From the NCBI RefSeq assembly GCF_009914755.1, contig NC_060934.1: 64,000 bases of DNA. One strand, 5' to 3'. The notes beneath the pieces are model-generated. The model saw only the letters and a list, made by a program, of their open reading frames with translations, had not been told where the DNA came from and did not search any database. Source of the DNA: the human T2T-CHM13v2.0 reference genome, Homo sapiens. The position numbers were made by a program, and so were the translations under genes. This document shows positions 31,080 to 40,490 of the stretch, one piece after another; within the stretch, counting starts at the first letter, position 1; the number at the start of each line of letters is the position of its first letter.

Positions 31080-32130
31080 GGAGGACTGCAGGCGGAAGAG
31101 CGCGCGCGTTTTAGGATCCCCGACTCAGAAGCTCTGCCTGGCCTCAGGATGTGGCGAGCCTCAAGAGGTAAGAAGGTCCTCGCCTCTGGTTGGCAGGAGT
31201 GCGGAGAGGTGGAGGGGAGTTCGAGAACGTAGAGGCAGGTTCAAGGACAAAGGCCCACCTTGTGCGGGCCAACCAAGTCTCCCTAGTCCTCTTCGCTAGG
31301 GCCCCAGGCCCTTGGCGGGCGGATGGAGAGAGATGCCCCAGGAAAAAGCCCAGCACTGCTAGGCCCTACGTGCACGGGCTTGGAGACGGGGCGCCAGTAC
31401 CAGGCAGGGCACAATGAGGCTTGGGGCCCTTACAGTCGCTGCAACCTGGAGGTACCGAACCGGGGACTCCGACCTGACATGCAGGCGAGGCTGCGAGGTC
31501 CAGAGCCTGGACCTGGTTCCTAGGGAGCGCCACTCCTTCTGACCCCTGTGGCGTGCGTCCTGGCGCGCCGCACCCGCCTGGTGCCTCGGCCCTCTCTGCT
31601 GTTCCCTGGCTGATTCTGAGCAAGGCCAGCAGCCCACGGCCCCACCCGACCCCCACATCTCCGCAGGGTCAGGCGAGCCGAGCAGGAACTGCGCCGGGGC
31701 AGTGGTGATGGCTGGGCGTCCCTGCAGCTTCAGGGGCCAAGGGCAATCGGGGGGCTAGGCCCGCAGACCTGGCCGTCCGCTGACGTAGCGAGGGTCTAGC
31801 GGAACCTTGGGGATCACTCTCCCAGTGCCGACCGAAGGCCCGGACCTCCAGGCTGGACGCGGCGAAGGCCGCATAAGACGTTACTTGAACATGTTACTTA
31901 AACAAGACTGCAGTAAACGTTTCTTTCCAAGTGAGAAAGGTCTTTTTCGTTCTCAGACGGTTTGAAGGTATTTGTGCCAACGTGACCCCCAGGGAGATTT
32001 GGAGGAAGCTTTCTACGTCCTAGGAGGCTGAGATCCCACGGAGCCGGTTTACGGTTGAGAGCAGACAGTTTCGAGTAGATAGCGCTGGAAGAGACACGAA
32101 GAATCTCTCTTGCTTCTTGGAACGCGATAA
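31080..32130. promoter_or_regulatory. CpG island
   Basis: Dense CpG (GCGCGCGCG, GGCGCGCC); CRE-like TGACGTA at ~31781. Confidence 0.75.
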
Positions 32131-33030
32131 CCACATTTCTTTCTCTGTTCCCCCACTACTAAAAATCAGCAATCCGCACAGAGCAGGCAGCCGCTCTGGT
32201 TCGAATGAATTAATTTGCCCAAGACAGCAGCCGCTCTTCTGAAGTCAGATTACATTTTTAAAAGTTTATACACATTGAAATTTCGCTACAGAAAGTTAAA
32301 AGCAGGCTAGCAACAACAAAAAAGTTAAGGAATGCATTCAGAATTCCAATTTAATCCTCAAGTTAAAACTGCTCACTGCACGCCCAAATAGCACACGCAA
32401 ACAGTACAAATAAATGTCTGTATACAGGAGTCCTTTATTTAGTTGTTTTTCGTTTGAAAAAATATTGAATTGATTTTCATTCAACAAAGATACAGTCTTT
32501 TCGACATGTTTTATTAACAGAACTGGTTTTGGTAAAGAAAGGGTAATTTACATTTTTATCTTTAAAATTTTTGGAGGGGCAGATCCACAAAGATAGCTGT
32601 GAAGTCCTCTCCCTGAGAAATCGAAAGTCACATTCTCAGCAAGGACCTGTAATTTACAAGGAACTATACAAATTACTGTATTCGGACTAATTTTCTCCCA
32701 GGAAAGAGAAATAGTGGTTAATTTAGAAAACTCAATTCCAAATAAAATCTAGGAAAATTTGGCATTCCTGCAAACACATGCAAAACAAACTAGTGCTTAA
32801 AACAGCATTTCAAAATCTCTTTTATGAAATTCCTTCGACAAGAAAAAAACCTCCCAAGAAATTAGAACAGTTTAATGCCTTCTAGGACTCACTAACCTAG
32901 TTGACATTAAAAGCACAAAATGTATTCACCCGTCTCGCAATTAAAATGCTATTGCTTCTGAATTGCTTTAAAAAAAATGGATAGCTTTCTAACATTCCTT
33001 AACAAAAAACCAAAGCAAAGCACACTTGCG

Positions 33031-33083
33031 CATACACACAAACACACACACCCACCACCACCACCACCACCATCACTACCACC
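33031..33083 (+). repeat. (CA)n followed by (CCA)n
   Basis: Directly visible. Confidence 0.85.
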
Positions 33084-33849
33084 AACAAATTAACAAAAAC
33101 CCATTTAGTGAGTCTCTCTCTCATAAGTTGACATTGAAAGTGAAACTTCTAGGAGAGCAATTAAAAAAATGAAAAGATTCACCTGAAATGTTTTGGCTAT
33201 CTGAGTTCATCACAGGATGATTTTTTCAGGCTTTAATAGAAAAATCTCTTCTGATTGTAGTGTTACATTGTTACATTTTGATTAGAAAGCCACGATAACT
33301 TTCAACTTGTTTGCAGCCTTGGTTACATAATTAAATGACAATTTGAAAAGTTGAGAGACAACGGGATAAGCAGTGGCATTTACAACTAAAATTATCCATT
33401 ATCTGCCTATATTTATATGTGCATTAAGCAATCTTTGTGTAGACAATAACAGCTATGAGAACACTTAACAGTTTTCAAAAAATTGTCACATTTTTCATTT
33501 GATAATGCATTTATTGTAATGGCTAGCATGTGGTTTTCCTTAAAAAAAAAAAAAAAGGTACAGACGTTTAGGCATCTATACAGCACTTCCCCTTCAAGGA
33601 CTTTGCCACCATTTACTGATGATCTTTAATCATAGGGTGGGGGAGAGAGCTTGTATAAATGTATGAGGTGATGAAAGGGTAGGAAGGCAGATACACTCGA
33701 TTAAAATAAAATCAAACGCTTCCATGGATGCAGCCATACTTACTTTATCTGACAGTAATTAGCTAAACTGTCTGGAACGAAAACCTATTATTAGTAGAGC
33801 ACAGCTCGAGGATTTCAAAGATCTACTTTTCAGACAAGAGAATGCAAAT

Positions 33850-35600
33850 GCCCCAGAAGCCGATGGTAACTGGATAGGCGTTGGAACCAGATCCCACTCT
33901 GATAAGAGAGTCCTGCGGAGCGACTGCTGCTGTACAACTACCGCTCTCGAGTTCTCCTCCTTTCAGGCCCGCGGCCGTCGAGGGTACAGGCTGCGCGCGC
34001 GGGAAAAGGAGGCCACCTAGATGAGATTGGCCTGGCGGGGATCCCTGCGGGGAAGCACGCCACTGGGGAACCAGACCAAGGGAGTCTGAACAATACTGAG
34101 GGGGTAGCTGGAGACAACCCAAACTCCTGCTCTGGGCATAAAACTCAGATCAACCTTAGGGATGCGGTAGCGGATAGAGGTTTTCCGCAGGCTGGAACAG
34201 CACTGCACTGGGCTGGGTATGAGGAAAGGAAGCGGCGATAAGGTCTAGGCGCCGCCCGCTAGGCCCCTTCGCCTGGAAGTCCTCACAGGCCCTGGTGGCC
34301 TACTGAGGAGCAACCTGCCCAGGGTCCTCAAGAGACAACCGCTTAGGCCTGGCGCAAGGTACCTGGCCCGGGAGCGGCTGGGGCGGCGGAATTTGGGGTA
34401 GAGGGGCACCCGTGGGCCGGCTGGTGGGGAGGAGACAGCCCCCTGCATGAGCTCACAGAGGCGCCCTGGTGGGCTCCGGCGGCTGCAGAGCGTCTGTGGG
34501 CGTGTATCGGCGATCAGGCGCTGGAGGGGCGCTTTGTCCTGGTCGCAGTTTTAAGACCTGGATTGTTGGGCTAGATTTATGAAAGGCCTAGGAGCGAAGC
34601 GAGATGGGAAGCAAGGGAATGTAACAAGGAGAAATGCAGGCTTCGGTTGGAAACTGGGGAGAGAGAGATTGTTTCGATAGCCTTTCTCCTTTTCTTTTTC
34701 CAGAATCATGAAATCACCGAGGAGAAGAAAACTGGGGACTAGAAGAGAGCAGAAACATTTCCCCTGAGACAGTTTTGCCCCGGAGGTGGGGTGGGGAAGT
34801 GGCGCTGGAGCTCAGCTTCCTGCTTTTATGCTCGGCGGCCACCGTGATGCACACACACTCGAGGTCCGCCACCCCGCAGTGCCGTGCACCCCTCTGCCCC
34901 CACCTCGGAATTTTTGTGCCCGAGCGCTCGGGATCCACGGCAAAACCAGGCACATTCCTCCCTCTGCAGACTCACCGCCTGGTTTGTAGACACTGGTCTC
35001 CGCCTGGGGCGTCAATAGTTTCAGGATTTAAAGCAGAAAGACACCGGGCGCCCCTGTGGCTGAGGAATGGCGGTTCCAGCACAAGACCCTGCCCACAGAG
35101 GGTCTCTCCCTACTGCCTGCGGGCCGCCGCTACCCTAAGTACTCCGGGGCGCACGTGGCCCGCGCGGCATCCCAGCTCCCCGGGCGGACCCAGGGGCTGC
35201 CTCTCCACAACAGTTCCGCTCCCTTCTGCAGAGCCCCGCCTCTCCCACCTCCCGACAGGCTGTTCTTTCTCCCTTCAACCTTGGGCACCCACTCCTGTCG
35301 CCGTTGCGGGACCCGCGTGGCAGCCCTCCACCCTCGTACCCACTCCCAGCCGGTGTCTTATGCCGCTCGGAGGCAATGTCCACCGTCCCTGCACCTTTCA
35401 CCTGCCCCTTCCAGGTGAGACGGGTCTCTTTCAGCTCCGCCATCCTGACCGCCAAAAAATGCTTGGATTGGCTGGGGCCGGATGAGGACAGCCACGGTTG
35501 AGCTGGAACCGTTCCCTATTTTTTTAAGGCCAGCGCTGCACACGGGTCTTTCTGTGGCCCTCAAAGCAGCGCCTGCTGCTCCTCACTGGGCTAGGCCTGG
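33850..35600. promoter_or_regulatory. CpG island, likely the promoter of the antisense lncRNA
   Basis: GC- and CpG-rich; contains the minus-strand splice donor at 34975. Confidence 0.75.
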
Positions 35601-36779
35601 TAGCGAGCAAATGCCTATTGTGGGAGAAGATGGTCCCAGAGTTTCCAGCTCAGAGTTTCCAGAATCTGTGGGGGACTGCATAGACTCCCCCAGAAAACAA
35701 CCAGGGCCTCATGAAGGTGCCAGAAGGCGTGTAGGTAGAGAAATTTTAAAAGCCTGTCGGAGAGGCAAGGCCTACATTCAGGCTCCTGATTTCAATAGGC
35801 GGAAAAGAAGGCTGCCAAGGCTGGGTCACCTCCCTTGTGAGGACAGATCCTGCTCTCAGTATGTGCCACACTCCAGCCACGCACCACCAATGCAGTCAAC
35901 AAACACTGCTTGACCTCCCATACAGAAAAGCAGTCGTTGACACGTACTGAGCGCTTAACACGCGTGAGGCCGTGCACTAAGATTCTGGCATGTTTTGCCT
36001 CATTCAACCCTAGCAACAACCAAAAAAGGTATTACTGCCTTCGTTTTATAGACGAGAAAACAGACTTAGAAACGCCGAAGATCACACACTGACTAGGCCA
36101 AGCAAGAGCTGTCGAATACCAAAGTTTAGTCATAACTCTATCTTCCTTTCACATACTGCTCTGTGCGGCTGCTGCCAGGGATACAAGGGCAAAAGCAACC
36201 CCGGGACACTGCCCTCATGGAGCTTACAGTCTAACTGGGGCGACCAGGCAGGCACATACAGCTATAGAATTAAGTGGGAAGTGATAAGTGACATGCATGT
36301 CCTTTGCTAACACAAGCTGCAGGTTCAGAGCCTGAAAGAGGGGACTTCCGGCTAGACGATCTAGGAGCTCTTCCTTGGAGAACAGTTTCCACTCGTGGAG
36401 GCTAAGTGTCAGAAACATGTTCCAAGTGGAGAGAAAGCTTGAGCAAAGGCAACAAGTTGAAAAAGGACATGTCGCCCACCCATAGATAGATAAAACACTG
36501 CATCTCCTCGTGGATCCAGCGCCCAGTATTTACCCGCCAGGAAGTTTTCCTGCCCCGCGCAGCAGCTGAAAAAAACACACTCCTGGGGCATCCTTCTCTG
36601 GCGTTGGTTCGTGGACAGCAAGCCTCCCAGAACTGGCCTAGGTCGGGAAGGTGCAGCCACGAGGGAATCAATGGTTCAGGAACCGGATCAATGCAGCCTC
36701 GCCCGCAGCGTCTCGGACTTCAGGACTCTATACTAGTCCTTGTCTATTTCTGGTAGAGCCGCAACATCCCACTCGCAGA

Positions 36780-37095
36780 GAGCAGGGGGCGTGGCCCACA
36801 TGAGCCAGAACCTATAGGGAGGGAGGTTGGGGCGCCAGCCCCGCCCCCCCAACGTGACGCAAATCTCCCGGACAGAGGCTTAGGAGCCCGGGCCCCAGTC
36901 CCTGCAGTGGCTGTAACAAAACCCAGACCCCCAGGTCCCGGCCAATGGAGGCGATTTAGACTGGAGTGGGACCGCGTCTGTCAAAAGCCCGACTCGGCAG
37001 CAGCGGCGGAGTCCAGGAGGAGAGCTGGAGCCGCCGCGCTGCCTCCCCGCCCCCGCCGGGATTTATTATTTGGACTGGACAATTAAGTGGCCCTG
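36780..37095 (+). promoter_or_regulatory. NKX2-3: NKX2-3 core promoter and 5'UTR (TSS roughly 36900)
   Basis: CpG-rich; SP/KLF GC boxes (GGGGCGTGGC ~36787, CCCCGCCCCC ~36839), TGACGCAA 36855, CCAAT 36942, NK2 site TTAAGTG 37083. The TSS position is inferred. Confidence 0.7.
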
Positions 37096-37453
37096 ATGAT
37101 GTTACCAAGCCCGGTCACCTCCACCCCTTTCTCAGTCAAAGACATTTTGAATCTGGAGCAGCAGCACCAGCACTTCCATGGTGCGCACTTGCAGGCGGAC
37201 TTGGAGCACCACTTCCACTCTGCGCCCTGCATGCTGGCCGCAGCTGAGGGGACGCAATTTTCTGACGGAGGGGAGGAGGACGAGGAAGACGAGGGCGAGA
37301 AATTGTCCTATTTGAACTCACTAGCCGCAGCAGACGGCCACGGGGATTCAGGGCTGTGTCCCCAGGGCTATGTCCACACGGTCCTGCGAGACTCGTGCAG
37401 CGAGCCCAAGGAACATGAAGAGGAGCCCGAGGTCGTGAGGGACCGGAGCCAAA
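37096..37453 (+). CDS. NKX2-3: NKX2-3 coding exon 1 (TN/eh1 domain, His-rich and acidic segments)
   Basis: ATG ATG at 37096/37099 after an in-frame TAA (37084-86). Translation MMLPSPVTSTPFSVKDILNLE contains the tinman/eh1 motif (TPFSVKDIL, 37123-37149). Ends at consensus donor A|GTGAGT (37454), phase 1. Confidence 0.97.
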
Positions 37454-38948
37454 GTGAGTAGAGGGGGAAAGAAAACGCACCCGCACACCTGGAGCAATGG
37501 CAGAGCGCACACAAACAGCCCACAAACCTTGCCAGCGCAGCTGCCCACCCCTTTACCCTTTGGCTGGGGCCATGCCTCCGCCCTGGTCACCGACAGCTCC
37601 ACAAAGCGCAGGTACCTGCAAGGGAGCCGGGGTGGAGAGACAAGGACGAGGTGACCCTGACAACTACTCCCCCCCAAAGGGGGAAATGAGGGAAGGGAAG
37701 GTGGTTACTGCTGCCCTGATGCTGAGAGGCGACGTGGGCTCAGCGCCTGGGTCCTCATAACTGGCAGTATTTTTGCTCTTCCCCCCGCCCCAAAAGGCTC
37801 TTCCCCCAAAAAGGGCAGGAGCCTGGACCTTTTTCGTTTTCCCTCTAGGGTGAGATGAGTTCTCTTAGCCCAGGGCAGCCACCCCTTCTTCTCCGAAAAG
37901 ACAGCCCAAGCAGCCTGTGTCTCTCGCACCCGCAGGGGCAGGAACTTTGGTGGAGGCCAGCTGGGCGGTTTCCTCCCTTCTCTGCTTGGAGCTCAGCGTC
38001 CTTGAACCCGTGGCACTCGGTAGAGAGAGAGGAGATGATCGGAAAGTGCGTGGGAACAATGTCTATTCCGCGCGACCATAGCTCTCACATCCCTAAGGCG
38101 CCAGCCTTTTTTGAAAATCCGTAACGTTTTGCTTTGTGTCCCAGGCTGCGGGCCTAATAGAAAACGCGCCGAACTTGAGTCCGAGATCTTGGCTGCTCAC
38201 ATCGGATGGGAAGTGAATTGATAGGGAGATGGGATAATCAAATAAAGTCCCCAAGGAAGTGTATTTAAGAGGACAGAATCACAGTCTTTCCCCAAGAGGC
38301 GGTTTGATGTGGCAGAGGCCAAGGCCTATGCTCTCATAGTTCCCAGAGCCGAAAATCGGCATGAAACTGTCTATAACTAGTCAATCAAACTTCATTTTCA
38401 AAGTGCACACAGATGTCGTCATAACATTCGCTTGTAGTCTTTTATAAGCCACACACACACACAAGTCCCTGAGCCATGCACAAGCGTTACACTCAGAACA
38501 GATTTTCGCGCAACCCATGCCCACCGGCCCACTCATACCAACACGCCTCACACCTTCAGTTATCCTTGGTGGAGTAGAATGCAAACGAGTTTGCAAATAC
38601 TGTAGTTATTATGTAGTTGCAAGCCTTCATCCTGAAAATAGTCATTAGCACGTCGAGCCGCATATTTAATACAGAGTAATCTCTTCTCTCGCAGATGCTC
38701 AAGATCCAAATAAACACGCACTAACTACCCCTCTCCACGAAACGCGCCTCCGCCTGCTAAGGGCGTTCTTTGGGTACTGGGGCTGTCTCAGGGTCCCACA
38801 GCGCCAGGAGCCACAAACGTTCCCAAAAGTCCAGCCATTTACTACCGCACGCTCTGCGCAGCCACCAAAAAGGGTCACGGTGCTCCAGGACAGGAGCCGC
38901 GGTGCGGCCGGGAACAGCTAAGGACGCTGTTGTTTGCTTCTTCCGCAG
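37454..38948 (+). other. NKX2-3: NKX2-3 intron (1495 nt, GT-AG)
   Basis: GTGAGT donor and polypyrimidine-CAG acceptor join the two coding exons in frame. Confidence 0.95.
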
Positions 38949-39685
38949 AAAGCTGCCAGCTGAAGAAGTCTCTAGAGACGGCCGGAGACTGCAAGGCGGC
39001 GGAGGAGAGCGAGAGGCCGAAGCCACGCAGCCGCCGGAAGCCCCGGGTCCTCTTCTCGCAAGCCCAGGTCTTCGAGCTGGAACGCAGGTTCAAGCAGCAG
39101 CGGTACCTGTCGGCACCCGAGCGCGAGCACCTCGCCAGCAGCCTGAAGCTCACATCCACTCAGGTGAAAATCTGGTTCCAGAATCGCAGGTACAAGTGCA
39201 AGAGACAGCGGCAGGACAAGTCTCTGGAGCTTGGCGCACACGCGCCCCCGCCGCCGCCGCGCCGCGTGGCTGTCCCGGTGCTGGTGCGGGACGGCAAGCC
39301 GTGCGTCACGCCCAGCGCGCAGGCCTACGGCGCGCCCTACAGCGTGGGCGCCAGCGCCTACTCCTACAACAGCTTCCCCGCCTACGGCTATGGGAACTCG
39401 GCCGCGGCCGCCGCCGCCGCCGCCGCCGCCGCCGCAGCAGCGGCGGCCTACAGCAGCAGCTATGGCTGTGCGTACCCGGCGGGCGGCGGCGGCGGCGGCG
39501 GCGGGACCTCCGCGGCGACCACTGCCATGCAGCCCGCCTGCAGCGCGGCCGGAGGCGGCCCCTTTGTGAACGTGAGCAACCTAGGAGGCTTCGGCAGCGG
39601 CGGCAGCGCACAGCCGTTGCACCAGGGTACTGCAGCCGGGGCCGCGTGCGCTCAGGGCACCTTGCAGGGCATCCGGGCCTGGTAG
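38949..39685 (+). CDS. NKX2-3: NKX2-3 coding exon 2 (homeodomain, NK2-specific domain, polyAla/polyGly, GIRAW C-terminus)
   Basis: Acceptor TTTGCTTCTTCCGCAG|AA; phase matches exon 1 (A+AA=Lys), giving 1095 nt = 364 aa + TAG. Homeodomain 39032-39211 with NK2-diagnostic Tyr54 (WFQNRRYK), NK2-[17 protein letters not shown], and the C-terminal GIRAW typical of NKX2-3/2-5. Confidence 0.98.
39401..39448 (+). repeat. GCN repeat encoding 16 alanines
   Basis: GCC GCG (GCC)9 GCA GCA GCG GCG GCC, in frame. Confidence 0.95.
39482..39505 (+). repeat. (GGC)7GGG repeat encoding 8 glycines
   Basis: Directly visible in frame. Confidence 0.95.
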
Positions 39686-40490
39686 GGACGGGGCGGGTCA
39701 CGCGGCGGGCACCCCAGCGCAGCCTGGCGCCGCGGGACTGAAGCTCGAGAAGGGCCTGACCTAAAGGTCAGGTCCCCTCGTTAAAAAAATATGTACGTCT
39801 AGCTCCTCAGGGCTTCGGATCGCAGCTCACTCGAGGCCTGGGGAAGGGGACTCAGGGGCGAAGGAGGATGACTGGGTCCGGTCGCCAGGACTGTCTCTGA
39901 GGCAGAAACGCCGGCTGGGCGCCGGGGAGGACGATGGCCCCGACCCTGGCAGCGAGAGGAGACCAGGAGGCTAGGACCCTGGCCGCGCTTGGTTCTTCCA
40001 AAGCGAGAAGGGCTTCTCTCCCTCTGCCTTTCCGCGGCCTCCGCGAAGCGTTGGCGGGGAGCCCAAGGACGTAACAAATTAAAAGCATGAAGGAGAGAAA
40101 AATGGGGGTCGTGGCTTGAGAAATTCCAGGCCCTACCGATCCTCTGCCCCCTTTGCGGGCCTGGAGCGCCATAGCACAGTCGATTTCGTTTCGCAGCTGT
40201 CTCCCCTCCGCAGCAGATACCTCGGTCCAGATCTCCGGATTGTCGGGGGACGCAGGACTCTTCGAGGAAAACCAGCCGAATGAGATCAAAAGTTGGGGGT
40301 GGGGGGAGGCTGAACAAACTCAGGACCTGGTGGCCCACCGGAGGTGTTACCGGGTTTCCTTTCTGTTTCGTATTCTGTATTCAGCACATGTTATCTATCT
40401 ATCTATCTATATAACTATAACCACACGCCGTGTAGACACCCGCTGCCACACACTACAGGAGTCAATAAACAAGGTGCAATATTTTCAAAT
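39686..40490 (+). other. NKX2-3: NKX2-3 3'UTR
   Basis: Runs from the stop codon to about 20 nt past the first downstream AATAAA; contains a (TATC)n tract at ~40392-40410. Confidence 0.75.
40464..40469 (+). terminator. Polyadenylation signal AATAAA of NKX2-3
   Basis: Canonical hexamer ~780 nt after the stop, followed by U/GU-rich sequence (TTTGTTT ~40508). Confidence 0.8.

Larger units (their letters stand above)
30310..35150 (-). ncRNA. LINC01475: Divergent upstream antisense lncRNA, probably LINC01475
   Basis: Identity and approximate extent are recalled from the NKX2-3 locus. Sequence support: CpG island at 33.9-35.6 kb, minus-strand donor CG|GTGAGT (ACTCAC at 34970-34975), and minus-strand polypyrimidine/AG acceptors near 30790-30815. 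Exon structure is not resolved. Confidence 0.55.

Noticed and set aside
34775-35485. 236-aa ORF in the upstream CpG island
   Set aside because: TTG start, low-complexity Pro/Ser/Arg composition, no homology recognised.
37087-37095. GTG-initiated N-terminal extension
   Set aside because: Only three codons before two ATGs, and the known protein starts MML.
38930-38948. ORF-track start MFASSAE for the homeodomain ORF
   Set aside because: This is the intron's polypyrimidine tract and acceptor; the real N-terminus comes from exon 1.
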